The translations under genes and the position numbers were made by a program. Positions 11,329-21,151 of a stretch of DNA of 64,000 nt are shown piece after piece. The notes beneath the pieces are model-generated. The model saw nothing but the letters and a program-made list of their open reading frames with translations. It made no database searches and was not told where the DNA came from. Source of the stretch: Oligoflexia bacterium (lineage in GTDB: Bacteria > Bdellovibrionota > UBA1018); assembly GCA_014376785.1 (NCBI GenBank), contig JACMQW010000064.1, forward strand, positions 14,966 through 78,965, written 5' to 3'. Every line of letters begins with the position of its first letter. Positions within the stretch are counted from its first letter, which is position 1.

Positions 11329-11377
11329 CGTCTCAACTCCGCAAAGATTCCGTTAGATTCTAGCAAATGAAACCTAT

Positions 11378-11426
11378 AAAAATTAAGGGAAAGAACCCAA
11401 TCACAGTGTCCTTTCCCTTAATTTTT
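11378..11426. terminator. Bidirectional intrinsic terminator
   Basis: AAAAATTAAGGGAAAG...CTTTCCCTTAATTTTT inverted repeat between convergent genes. Confidence 0.7.
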
Positions 11427-11463
11427 TCATTTTGCTTCGTCCAGAATTCGATGACCTTAATCG

Positions 11464-12018
11464 TTAACGAGCTTGGGTGGGAACAGTGGTTCCAGGATTC
11501 CCCACTCGAGCGCGCTCCGTGGCATTCATGCTTTGCGAGTTAAAATTCGTCGCTCCCGGGAGGTTCTGGGTGCTCGGCTGAGTGATGGCTCCATTTGGAT
11601 TTGTGGTTGCTCCTCGGTAACCATTCGAATCGGACTGTCCACCGGTGACGCTATTCGTAGTGGTTGTGTTTGAACCCGGAATTGAACCAACAGGGCGATC
11701 AGAAGTGCCCACTCCATTACGGCGCTGTTTATTGGCCCCCGAAATAATGTTGGTGCCCTGGCCATTCGTGCCATTGGAAGTACCAGATCCAATTGATCCA
11801 GAATTCATCGAGCCGCCATTCATGGAGCTATTGTTCATTCCGCTAGAGGAGCTCGATCCACCATTCAGAGATCCATTATTGCCCGTGCTGCTGCCAGTAG
11901 AATTCGCTGATCCATTACTCATCGCACCATTCGAGCCAGAGACTCCTCCCGAACCCGCTGCAGCAAGAGAACAACCCCCAACCGCCAGAACCACCAGGAC
12001 TGCATTTAGATTTCTCAT
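11464..12018 (-). CDS. Secreted low-complexity Gly/Ser/Asn/Thr-rich protein
   Basis: MRNLNAVLVVLAVGGCSLAAA signal-like N-terminus, GAGAGGAG RBS, disordered GSNGS-rich body. Confidence 0.75.
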   Translation of the reverse strand: MRNLNAVLVVLAVGGCSLAAAGSGGVSGSNGAMSNGSANSTGSSTGNNGSLNGGSSSSSGMNNSSMNGGSMNSGSIGSGTSNGTNGQGTNIISGANKQRRNGVGTSDRPVGSIPGSNTTTTNSVTGGQSDSNGYRGATTNPNGAITQPSTQNLPGATNFNSQSMNATERARVGNPGTTVPTQAR

Positions 12019-12067
12019 TTGATCTCCTCTCGCCATTTGACGATTTAAAAGTGTTTCTAGGGATATT

Positions 12068-12083
12068 TGCGAATCTTGTTCCA
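12068..12083 (-). promoter_or_regulatory. sigma54 promoter candidate
   Basis: Minus strand TGGAACAAGATTCGCA = GG-N10-GC, about 50 nt upstream of ATG 12018. Confidence 0.6.
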
Positions 12084-12279
12084 TCCCGTGATGCCCCATC
12101 CGAAAAACCTAACCATGAAACGAAAACAAAAAACTACTGGCATAGAATGCAGTCACGCCTCTATTCCTGAATGAATTTTAATAAGAGAAGTGAATTCGCG
12201 ATTACTCGCTTCAGAAACCGTTCGCGCCGCATCCGAGGCTTTCATGCCTTACGGATTCTACTACCTTTGGACGCGCGGA

Positions 12280-13533
12280 AACGGAGCGAGCGAACGCGCT
12301 CGCCTTCCTCGATTCGGTGATCGATAATTTGCCGAACATGCTGTTTATCAAAAATGCTGACGACCTCCGTTACCTGAAATTTAATAAGCGGGTGAACACC
12401 AGCTCGGCATTTCGCGGGAAGATGTTTTAGGGAAAACTGATTATGACATTTCACCGCGCTCATTGGCTGACGGTCATGTTGAGCGCGACCGAGAAGTCCT
12501 CGCAAATCATCACGTCTTGGAGTTCGAAGAAATCATCGTCAGCCGAACGCTGGGCGAACGCTTTATGCGAACGAAAAAAATAGCGCTCACCGGTCCCGAT
12601 GAAAACTCCGGTTACATTTTAGAGATCGCGGTTGATATTACGGATTTGAAACGGACAGAAAAGGATCTAATCGAAGCCAGGGAACAAGCCATCGCCGGTG
12701 CGAAGGTAAAATCCGAATTCCTAGCAAATATGAGTCATGAAATTAGGACTCCTCTGAACGGAATCATCGGTCTGACTGATTTATTGATCGACTCTGGACT
12801 TTCAGTGGAATAAGAAAAATTTGCGCGTACCGTCCAAAAATCAGGCGATAGTTTTCTGAACATCATCAACGGCATTCTCGATAAGAATCTTACTCTTTCA
12901 CATTCGATTGATTCTCGCATTCCATCTTCGCTTCAGGGAGACAGTGCCCGGTTGGGACAGACCTTGCTGAACCTGTTTGGAAATGCCGTAAAATTTACGG
13001 AAGCGGGAAAAATTCAAATCGATGTTGAGTGCGAATCAGCCACTCATGAAGACGAACTCCACCTTCGATTCACAGTGACCGACAATGGAATCGGAATGAC
13101 CTCGGAAGAACAATCGCGCTTGTTTATTCCGTTCACCCAGGCAGGCGGATCGACCGCTAGATACTATGGAGGGACGGAACTGGGTTTATCGATCTAACAA
13201 AGGCTCGTCCAACTCATGGGCGGCGACATCGGGGTGAATGGCCGCGCGGCTTTAGAAGAGGTTACTCTGAATCCTTATGACCTCATCCTCATAGACTGCC
13301 AGATGCCAGTCATGGACGGCTTCGATGCCACGAGCGCCATCCGAAATTGGGAAAAAACAACCTGGAAGCGGGTTCCGATCCTAGCGCTGACTGCAAATGC
13401 GATGAAAAGCGTTGAAGAAGCCTACCTTGATCGGGGAATGGATGGCTTCCTCACCAAACCGATCAAACGCGATATCCTGATCCACGCTATAGAAGAGTGG
13501 ACCACTCATCGCTCCGCTCGCACCGTGTCTTAA
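12280..13533 (+). pseudogene. Disrupted PAS-HisKA-HATPase-REC hybrid kinase
   Basis: PAS fragment FLDSVIDNLPNMLFIK with frameshift near 12388; [16 protein letters not shown]; in-frame TAA at 12811-12813 and 13195-13197; NAVKFT, DNGIG; receiver DCQMP...LTAN...KP fused directly after MGGDIGV; 5' boundary approximate. Confidence 0.85.
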
Positions 13534-13600
13534 AAAAAGACGAGTCTCCAAGGAAGACCGTTCGCCTTTTAGGAAAGTTGTGAGAAGCACTAGTTGCCTC

Positions 13601-16600
13601 ATGAATCAGCCTAATCAGCCGAGATCCCGTAGAAGGCGCCGCCCGTCCCGTCGGAATCCAAATCGCCCCGACCGAGCGCCACCGAATAGCCCCAGCCCCG
13701 AAGGAGAAAACCCTCCTCTGGAAGGCGCTCCTTTGATCGCTGGTTTTATTCCTGTCCAAGTCCTCACAGAGCCCACCGGCCCTCTCACTTTAGAGCAGCG
13801 ATGCGTGCGTCAGTTCCCACGGGTTGTTTTGGGGCGAGGACGCCAGTACTTCAATCAAAACCGCGCAGAAGTGCCGGTATGGAATGAGAAGGAGTGCTCG
13901 GTCACGATTAAAGGCACCGGCGGAGACTATAAAGTCACATTCGATTTTACGCAGGCCACTGAATCGCGTCGACTCGGGGTTGTTTGTGATTGCCCGGCCT
14001 ACGCCAGAGGCATTCTCTGCAAGCACATTTGGACCGCGATTTTACAAATTGATAAGTCGAGCCCTCCCGGAACCATTCCAGAAACGGCAGCTCTTCGCCT
14101 GATTCATTCCCAACCTCGGCCACGCCAGGAAAATGCATCTCCCCAAAGGGGCGGCCCGGTCCCGCATCAGGGCGGGAACCATTCTGGAAATGTGAACATC
14201 AATCCCAACGGGAACCACGGTGGAAATCACAGTGGAAATCATTCGCCGGGCCAAGGCATTTCCCTTCGCACGGGAGATGCTCACCGAAACAGGATGCCGG
14301 TTATCTCGCCTTCACGATTCTCTCGAGAGCCCTGGATGGACCGCCTGAATCACTTGCAGGGTGTGGCGAACACTTCACCTGAACAGCGTATTTCGACAAG
14401 TGCCTCTGCTTATTTTGTGATTGCCGCATCGGAAACGAATTCGACCGGAAAACTGATTATTGATCTTTGGACACGTCACCGAGCACCGCAGGGCGAACTC
14501 GGACCGCTTCGGCCGAATCGTGTTTCCGGTCACGACTTTTCCCATTTCAGTGATCCGCGAGATCAAGAAGTCCTTTCATTTCTGATTAGAACGGGTGAGC
14601 CCCAAGTTTTTGCACCGCTAGGACGCGCTTCTTCTAACATTTCATCGCGCTTCACGGTCGATCCTATTTTCGAATCCCACTTAGTAACGACCCTTGCCGG
14701 AAACGGGAAGCTGTACCTGTCGCGCTCTCCTAATGGAACGCCCGACTCCGCTGAACGCTCCCTAAAAATGGACCGAACGAAGACATGGGACCTCATGCTT
14801 CGCATTGAAAGCCTGACGAATGGCCAATATAGGCTCGACGGTCTTTTAAAGAACGGTCCCGATACGCTCCCTCTCTCGGCTCCCGTTGCGATTCTCAAAA
14901 GTGGCTTCATGCTTTTTGATGACCGAGTGACTCGATTCACGCAGCCTGATCACGCTCCCTGGGCCATCGCTTTGCGGAACTCTCAATTTTTAGTTCCGAA
15001 AGCTGACGGCGATGCGCTCCTGACTCGGATCTTGCTCGATCCTGCGTCGCCTCGCGTGTCCTGGCCCTCCGAAATGGGGTGGTCACAGTCCACGATTGAA
15101 CCGAGGCCTAAAGGCGTCTTTCGACCGCTCGGAAACGATCCGACGACGGGTAGAATGACTTTGAATGTCAGCTTCCTTTACGAGGGGCGCGAAGTCGCGC
15201 TGTCTGAAACCGAAACGATGCTGGTAGATCCCGCGCAGAAAAAAGTTTTCGCGCGAAACGTCGAGTTCGAAGAAAAAACACTCCTGAATGCTCTAGAAAT
15301 CCTTCAAGACCCCCAGGGCACGGGCACTGTTCTCCAAAGCGATCTTCACCGAGCCGCAAATGACCTCTGCCGAGCAGGCTGGGTCATCCACATTGAAAAT
15401 CAAAAACTCAGAGTCGCAAACGACTTCGAAATGAACGTGAGTTCTTCGACGGATTGGTTCGACTTGAAAATGGGCGCCAGTTTCGATGGAACCGAAGTGA
15501 GTTCTGCCGACTTGCTCGCAGCTTTGGAATCCGGTGGCGGAATGGTGAAGCTCGCGGACGGAACTCTGGGAATCATCCCTCCTGAGTGGCTCGCCCAATA
15601 TGCTCCCGTTGCTCAACTTGGAATCCGATTTGGTGAAACCACTGATGACGGAAGCCTGCGATTCACGCGCTCGCAAGGTTTGATGTTAAATTCGGTCCTT
15701 ACCGATAACGGCCACTTGAAGGCAGATGCTGATTTCCTGACCTTCAGGGAACGCATCCAAAAATTCGAAGGCGTAAAGACCGCCGAGACTCCAGCTGGTT
15801 TCAAAGGAACCCTTCGTGACTATCAAAAAGAAGGCCTGAACTGGCTCGGATTTTTGGAAGACTTCGGTACCGGCGGTATCCTCGCTGACGACATGGGTCT
15901 TGGAAAAACGATTCAAGTCCTTGCCTTCTTGCTTGCCCGGTCGAAGAAAAACAAAATGCCATGCTTAGTTGTGGCACCGAAATCGCTGACCTTTAACTGG
16001 ATCGATGAAGCGAAGAAATTTGCTCCGGAATTGAAAGTGGTTCGTTATTCGGGCCCCGGACGATCGGAGCAGCTCGCAGATATTCCGGGCGCTGACCTGG
16101 TCGTGACCACTTACGGCGCGATCCGAACCGACATCAAAAAACTCCAAGAAATAGAGTTTGATGTCGCGATCATCGACGAAGCCCAGGCGATCAAAAACAG
16201 TAAATCTCAATCAGCCGCAGCGGTGAAGAAGATCCGGGCTCGCCATCACTTGGCACTCACTGGGACGCCCGTAGAAAACTCGATTAAAGACCTTCTCTCG
16301 ATTCTCGAATTTACGAATCCGGGACTCTTGGGACTTTCACCTCCAAAAGAAATTGCGGGCGACACCCATTCGATTTTGGCGAAGACTTTAAAGCCTTTCA
16401 TGCTCCGTCGTACGAAAGAAAAAGTACTGACCGAACTCCCAGAGAAATCAGAGCAAGTGCTCTACTGTGAGATGAGTCCGACCGAACGAAAATACTACAA
16501 CGCGATTCGGGAAAAATACCGCCTGTCCATCGAACAAAAAATCGAAGAAGGCGGACTCGGAAAGTCCAAGCTTCATGTTCTCGAAGCCCTCTTAAGACTT

Positions 16601-17161
16601 CGGCAGGCGGCATCGCATTCGGGACTAGTCGATCCCCGCAGAAAAGACGAGCCAAGCGCGAAGCTGCAGCTCCTCCTGAGTCACCTGGAAGAAGTCACCC
16701 AAGAAGGACACAAAGCCTTAGTCTTCTCCCAGTTCACATCGCTCCTCGCTTTAGTGCGGAAAGACCTCGATGCAAAAGGCATCAAGTACGAATACCTCGA
16801 CGGCCAGACAGCGGACCGAAAGACTCCGGTCGAACACTTCCAAACCGATCCAGAATGCAAAGTCTTCCTCATCAGCCTAAAGGCCGGAGGCACCGGGTTA
16901 AACCTCACCGCTGCGGACTATGTTTTCATCCTCGATCCATGGTGGAATCCGGCAGTGGAGGCTCAGGCAATCGGGCGCGCGCATCGCATGGGCCAGAAAC
17001 AAACGGTATTTGCTTACCGTATGATTGCAAAAGACACGGTAGAGGAAAAAATCCTCGAACTCCAAAAATCGAAGCGCGATTTGGCCGACTCTCTCATTTC
17101 GGAAGATCAAGATTTCATGTCGAAAATTTCGAAGGAAGATCTTCAACACCTGCTCAGTTAG
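13601..17161 (+). CDS. SWIM-SNF2 family helicase/ATPase
   Basis: CDCP...CKH SWIM finger; LADDMGLGKT, DEAQ, TGTPVEN, LVFSQF, SLKAGGTGLNL, QAIGRAHRMGQ. Confidence 0.93.
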   Translation: MNQPNQPRSRRRRRPSRRNPNRPDRAPPNSPSPEGENPPLEGAPLIAGFIPVQVLTEPTGPLTLEQRCVRQFPRVVLGRGRQYFNQNRAEVPVWNEKECSVTIKGTGGDYKVTFDFTQATESRRLGVVCDCPAYARGILCKHIWTAILQIDKSSPPGTIPETAALRLIHSQPRPRQENASPQRGGPVPHQGGNHSGNVNINPNGNHGGNHSGNHSPGQGISLRTGDAHRNRMPVISPSRFSREPWMDRLNHLQGVANTSPEQRISTSASAYFVIAASETNSTGKLIIDLWTRHRAPQGELGPLRPNRVSGHDFSHFSDPRDQEVLSFLIRTGEPQVFAPLGRASSNISSRFTVDPIFESHLVTTLAGNGKLYLSRSPNGTPDSAERSLKMDRTKTWDLMLRIESLTNGQYRLDGLLKNGPDTLPLSAPVAILKSGFMLFDDRVTRFTQPDHAPWAIALRNSQFLVPKADGDALLTRILLDPASPRVSWPSEMGWSQSTIEPRPKGVFRPLGNDPTTGRMTLNVSFLYEGREVALSETETMLVDPAQKKVFARNVEFEEKTLLNALEILQDPQGTGTVLQSDLHRAANDLCRAGWVIHIENQKLRVANDFEMNVSSSTDWFDLKMGASFDGTEVSSADLLAALESGGGMVKLADGTLGIIPPEWLAQYAPVAQLGIRFGETTDDGSLRFTRSQGLMLNSVLTDNGHLKADADFLTFRERIQKFEGVKTAETPAGFKGTLRDYQKEGLNWLGFLEDFGTGGILADDMGLGKTIQVLAFLLARSKKNKMPCLVVAPKSLTFNWIDEAKKFAPELKVVRYSGPGRSEQLADIPGADLVVTTYGAIRTDIKKLQEIEFDVAIIDEAQAIKNSKSQSAAAVKKIRARHHLALTGTPVENSIKDLLSILEFTNPGLLGLSPPKEIAGDTHSILAKTLKPFMLRRTKEKVLTELPEKSEQVLYCEMSPTERKYYNAIREKYRLSIEQKIEEGGLGKSKLHVLEALLRLRQAASHSGLVDPRRKDEPSAKLQLLLSHLEEVTQEGHKALVFSQFTSLLALVRKDLDAKGIKYEYLDGQTADRKTPVEHFQTDPECKVFLISLKAGGTGLNLTAADYVFILDPWWNPAVEAQAIGRAHRMGQKQTVFAYRMIAKDTVEEKILELQKSKRDLADSLISEDQDFMSKISKEDLQHLLS

Positions 17162-18320
17162 CTACCGAACGCCCCGTAATATTTGAATCACTCGCTTGTT
17201 TCAGAGCAGATTTTCTTTGCAAGTAAGGTTCGTAATGATCGCGGTAGAACTCTGCTCGGTAATTGCGCGAGGATTTAATGCCACCTATGAACTGATAAAA
17301 GCGGATAAACTCCCAAGCCAGATCGAGTTGATTCGGTAAAAATCCCGACTGCGCGCTATTCGGATAAAGGTGGTGGTTGTTATGCCACTCACCCGCGACG
17401 TACCCTGGCCAAACCTGGTTCACCGAAAAGTCTTTCCAGTTAAAGTCCGAACCTTCTTTACGTCGGTCTTTTCCGCGGCCGTGCCCATCAAAATTAAAAG
17501 TCCTGACTCCGAATGCCCAGACACCTGCCATTCCAAACATCCCGATCGCGAAATTCACGCCGCCGATGAATGAGAAAGCTCCGAACCAAAATCCCCAATT
17601 CAGAAGGTAGTGCGCCCAGGTCCTTACCGGATGACAAAGCGATCCCCACCGTCGGTACTGGGCATAGGTATTCAGCTTTACCCCCGTGTGCGAGAGAAGC
17701 TTCTTTAAACTTGAGTAGTCCTTTTCACTTAAATCTTGGGCGATTCGTTGGTGGGTAGCGTCAGCGAGAAAACAATAGAGCCACCCGCCATTCACATTGT
17801 ACGGATCGCCGGGTTTTTCTGAACACCAGTGATGAACGTGATGAGAAATCACGTAAATTTCTTCGGGAATGACTTTAATCGTCAGATTTCGGACGAAAAA
17901 TCGCGTGAATGAATTTCTGAATGCGTAAGCTCGGTGAGTAGAAAAACGATGCAGATACACCGTTCCATGGGTTCCCATCAAGACCATGCTGTAGAATAAA
18001 CCGATGCATAAGGTCGCAAAATTAAAGTGAGCAATGAAGAAATAGAAAAAAGGAATCGTGAGAGCTAACGTAAAAAACCAACTCGTAACCGGAAGCCAAT
18101 TCTCAGCATGCAGCGGATTCATCCGTGTTTCGAATTCGCGCCAGATCTCGCGGTGGCTAGGAACGTAGAGTTCGCCATTGCGCGAATAACCATAGGAAGG
18201 TGGAGCGAGCGCACGACCGAGAAGACTCTCGTTCAAACCTTCTGTCGTACCCGGCTTAAATCCGAGTGAGGGAGACAGACGAGCGTCGAGGGACACCGAT
18301 GCTGGTGAAGAAATTTGCAT
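17154..18320 (-). CDS. Membrane fatty-acid desaturase (delta-9-like His boxes)
   Basis: HRFSTH, HHVHH, GEWHNNHH boxes with transmembrane segments. Confidence 0.85.
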   Translation of the reverse strand: MQISSPASVSLDARLSPSLGFKPGTTEGLNESLLGRALAPPSYGYSRNGELYVPSHREIWREFETRMNPLHAENWLPVTSWFFTLALTIPFFYFFIAHFNFATLCIGLFYSMVLMGTHGTVYLHRFSTHRAYAFRNSFTRFFVRNLTIKVIPEEIYVISHHVHHWCSEKPGDPYNVNGGWLYCFLADATHQRIAQDLSEKDYSSLKKLLSHTGVKLNTYAQYRRWGSLCHPVRTWAHYLLNWGFWFGAFSFIGGVNFAIGMFGMAGVWAFGVRTFNFDGHGRGKDRRKEGSDFNWKDFSVNQVWPGYVAGEWHNNHHLYPNSAQSGFLPNQLDLAWEFIRFYQFIGGIKSSRNYRAEFYRDHYEPYLQRKSALKQASDSNITGRSVAN

Positions 18321-18534
18321 AGCTAATAGTGGGGTGAAATACCTTATTCAGCAATAAAGAGATTTGGACTTCCCAGAAATCCTGCTGATTTTGGCCCTGA
18401 AGTTCGATACGGCTGAGTTCGCAGGGGCTAAATCCAGAAAAGTTTAAATACGCGACCAAAGAGTGGATCGGTGTTCGATCGCCCATTGACTGAATGTTCG
18501 CTCGCTCCCAAACTCTCTCACTAAGGACACTGTC

Positions 18535-19293
18535 ATGAAGGGACTAAAACCAGGCCAAGTGCCTCTCGAACGCGCATTTTCGAAACTCGGAATTGCTTCT
18601 CGAACGGAGTCGCGTGCCTGGATTCTCAGTGGACGCGTAAAAGTGAATGGTGACTTGCGAACAAACCCTGGATTCGGAGTGAATCCCGAAACCGCGATCA
18701 TCGAACTCGATGGGAAAAAAATCGGCAAACCCGAGCATCGGACATTTCTGCTTCATAAACCAAGGGGCGTAGTCACCACTCGAGTGGATGAAAAAGGGCG
18801 ACCGACCGTTTTCTCCCTTTGCACAGAGCTTGGACTCCATTTGATCGCCGTCGGACGACTCGATTGGGCAACCTCTGGATTGCTGATCTTAACGAACGAC
18901 ACAAAGCTTTCCGATGCTTTATCGAATCCCGAAAATAAAATCGTCCGCACCTACACGGTGACGGTTCGTGGAGAAGTCACCGAAGATGGACTAGAACGCA
19001 TCCGCGCGGGAATTCAGGATGGAGAGGATCTGCTCACGGCTGAAGAAATCATTCTTCGTAAAGCGAGTGGAAAAGAATCTCATCTCTTAGTGCGACTCAC
19101 TGAAGGAAAAAATCGAGAAATTCGGAGGCTCTTTTTGGCGATCGGACACGAAGTCTTAAAACTGAAGAGGATCGAATATGGCGGACTTTCACTCGGAGAT
19201 ACTGAGCTCGGAAAGTACCGGGAATTAAACTCTGACGAACTGAAAATCGCCTTCCCCTCTCTTCATCGGATGGGCAAGGAAAAACCAGAATAA
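18535..19293 (+). CDS. rRNA pseudouridine synthase, RsuA/RluB family
   Basis: S4 domain, HKPRG, VGRLD catalytic Asp, EGKNREIRR. Confidence 0.93.
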   Translation: MKGLKPGQVPLERAFSKLGIASRTESRAWILSGRVKVNGDLRTNPGFGVNPETAIIELDGKKIGKPEHRTFLLHKPRGVVTTRVDEKGRPTVFSLCTELGLHLIAVGRLDWATSGLLILTNDTKLSDALSNPENKIVRTYTVTVRGEVTEDGLERIRAGIQDGEDLLTAEEIILRKASGKESHLLVRLTEGKNREIRRLFLAIGHEVLKLKRIEYGGLSLGDTELGKYRELNSDELKIAFPSLHRMGKEKPE

Positions 19294-19351
19294 CCTGATT
19301 CTAGATGGACTATTTATTTCCATTCTTCTTTCGATCAGAGTTTAATTTGGA

Positions 19352-20350
19352 ATGGAAAAAACTTCACTCCGCTCACTCGTTGCCGTTTCTGTTCTTTCGC
19401 TCTTCGGAACCGTTGCTCTAGCAAGTGGAGAAGATCATCATCGTCTGCATTGGAATGAAGACCAAGCGGCTTATCGCTCATTTCGTATTTTTAAGCGGCT
19501 AGAACTCCAGAGCCGAACCCGACGTTTCAAAAACAATTTCCAATCTTTCGCCCCAGTCGAAAAAATTAATCGAAGCGATTTGGTTTCTTCGCTGGAAACC
19601 CTTTCCGGCAAATACGATCCGGTTCTGACCAACCGGGGGTCAGCAAAAGGCAGAGCAGCTGCGAGGGCTTATCTGAAATCAGAGTTCGAAGCGGCGGGGT
19701 ATACCACTCATGAAGAGTCTTACCGAACGGGAGTAAACTTCGTGGCTGAACGAACGGGCGCCAGTGGAAAGTTCCTGATCGTTTCTGCTCACTATGATTC
19801 CATGAATAATCCCGGCGCTGACGATGATGGCAGCGGAACCGTTGGACTCCTCTCGATCGCTCGTACGATTGGAAAGCGACCGCTTAAACATGGACTGCGC
19901 TTCGTCGCCTTCGACCAGGAAGAAGACGGTCTGGTCGGTTCAGGCGCCTACGTGAAGGCACTCGTTGCCCGAGGCGGTAAATCAGAAGTACTGGCGGACA
20001 TCGAACTGGAGATGCTCGGTTACAACGGGCGAAATGACGGAAGTTTTCACGTCATCTCCTGCGATCGACCAGACTCCCAATTTCTCGTTGATTCCGTTAT
20101 TACGGCAGTTTCTAACTTACGCAATGGGCTCCAGCTAACCAGCGCATGTACCGACCGAAGCGACCACGCAAGATTCTGGGACCAGGACATTCCTGCGATT
20201 GTGATTTCCCAAAACTTCTTCGGCGGCGATTCGAATCCTTGCTACCACCGCGCTTGCGACACGGTGGAGAAAATGCACCTGGGTTACTTTGGAAATCTAG
20301 CCGAAACTGCAGTGAATGCGGTCGCAAGTATCATTTCCGCGAACGAATAA
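19352..20350 (+). CDS. Secreted M28-family aminopeptidase
   Basis: Signal peptide, SAHYDS, GADDDGSG, QEEDG, RSDH, YH motifs. Confidence 0.9.
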   Translation: MEKTSLRSLVAVSVLSLFGTVALASGEDHHRLHWNEDQAAYRSFRIFKRLELQSRTRRFKNNFQSFAPVEKINRSDLVSSLETLSGKYDPVLTNRGSAKGRAAARAYLKSEFEAAGYTTHEESYRTGVNFVAERTGASGKFLIVSAHYDSMNNPGADDDGSGTVGLLSIARTIGKRPLKHGLRFVAFDQEEDGLVGSGAYVKALVARGGKSEVLADIELEMLGYNGRNDGSFHVISCDRPDSQFLVDSVITAVSNLRNGLQLTSACTDRSDHARFWDQDIPAIVISQNFFGGDSNPCYHRACDTVEKMHLGYFGNLAETAVNAVASIISANE

Positions 20351-20441
20351 GTTCAAACCACGAGGGTTATTGAGAATTCTGGGGCGAAGGGAAATCCCCA
20401 CTGCCCTGCTAAGTAGAACCAACGAACCCCCAGTGCCGCTG

Positions 20442-20488
20442 AAAACAAAAAAGCCCGCTTTCCGAGGAAAGCAGGCCTTTTTGTTCTT
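20442..20488. terminator. Bidirectional intrinsic terminator between M28 peptidase and tRNA-Arg
   Basis: A-tract, GCTTTCC-GA-GGAAAGC core stem, T-tract. Confidence 0.7.
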
Positions 20489-20490
20489 AA

Positions 20491-20568
20491 TGGTGGACCC
20501 GAGAGGATTCGAACCTCTGACCTTCGCATCCGTAGTGCGACGCTCTAATCCAACTGAGCTACGGGTCC
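20491..20568 (-). tRNA. tRNA-Arg(ACG)
   Basis: GGACCCGTAGCTCAGTTGGATTAGAGC...TCGCA-CT-ACG-GA-TGCGA...GGTTCGAATCC...GGGTCC-A-CCA. Confidence 0.97.
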
Positions 20569-20722
20569 ATACTTAAGGAAGAACCAGTAATTACTCGAAA
20601 GAAGAACTCCGCACAAGCGAAATTGGCGGGTATTTTTAGGACCTTCGAACGGCTAACCCATTGAAATCATAGCCATCAGTCAGATCGAGTGAAAAACCCT
20701 GCGTTCTTCCTCGGAGGCCGTC

Positions 20723-21106
20723 TTACTTTCCAACCGCGCAGGTGAAGGTCCGCGGCGATGTTTTTCCCACTCTCACCGACGCAGTGACGGTCTTCGGGTC
20801 GAGTTGGGTGAGCTTGAAGTTCATCGTCCCCTTCACCACGACCGACATTCGAGCATTCGCGCCGACTTTGTGCCCGATGACGATTCCCTCGATGAGCTCC
20901 TCAGTGGAATCCGTGACTCGGTAATAGCGATCCACTTCTCCCGACTCCCGCGTGCGCACCACTTCAGTGTCGAGAAGGGAAACCACCAACTTTTCTTTTT
21001 TTGACCCATTGGAGATACAGTCGTAGCTCGAGTTCCAAGCGTAGGCCTCCGAAGTCAATAGCAGCGCAAATAGACTGAAAATGACTTTTTGATTCAGATT
21101 TTTCAT
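20723..21106 (-). CDS. Small secreted hypothetical protein
   Basis: Signal peptide ending AYA, two Cys near the mature termini, AAGGAG upstream. Confidence 0.75.
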   Translation of the reverse strand: MKNLNQKVIFSLFALLLTSEAYAWNSSYDCISNGSKKEKLVVSLLDTEVVRTRESGEVDRYYRVTDSTEELIEGIVIGHKVGANARMSVVVKGTMNFKLTQLDPKTVTASVRVGKTSPRTFTCAVGK

Positions 21107-21151
21107 TCGAATTTCCGTTCTCCTTCATTTTTAAAATAGGTTTTTTCGCCG

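Noticed and set aside
6121-13533. Stop-codon reassignment or programmed read-through in the broken kinases
   Set aside because: Both TAA and TAG occur along with frameshifts and deletions, and all other genes use standard stops
20491-20568. tRNA-Arg (or tRNA-Lys at 50773) as an island integration site
   Set aside because: No duplicated tRNA 3' end noticed and no integrase in the window
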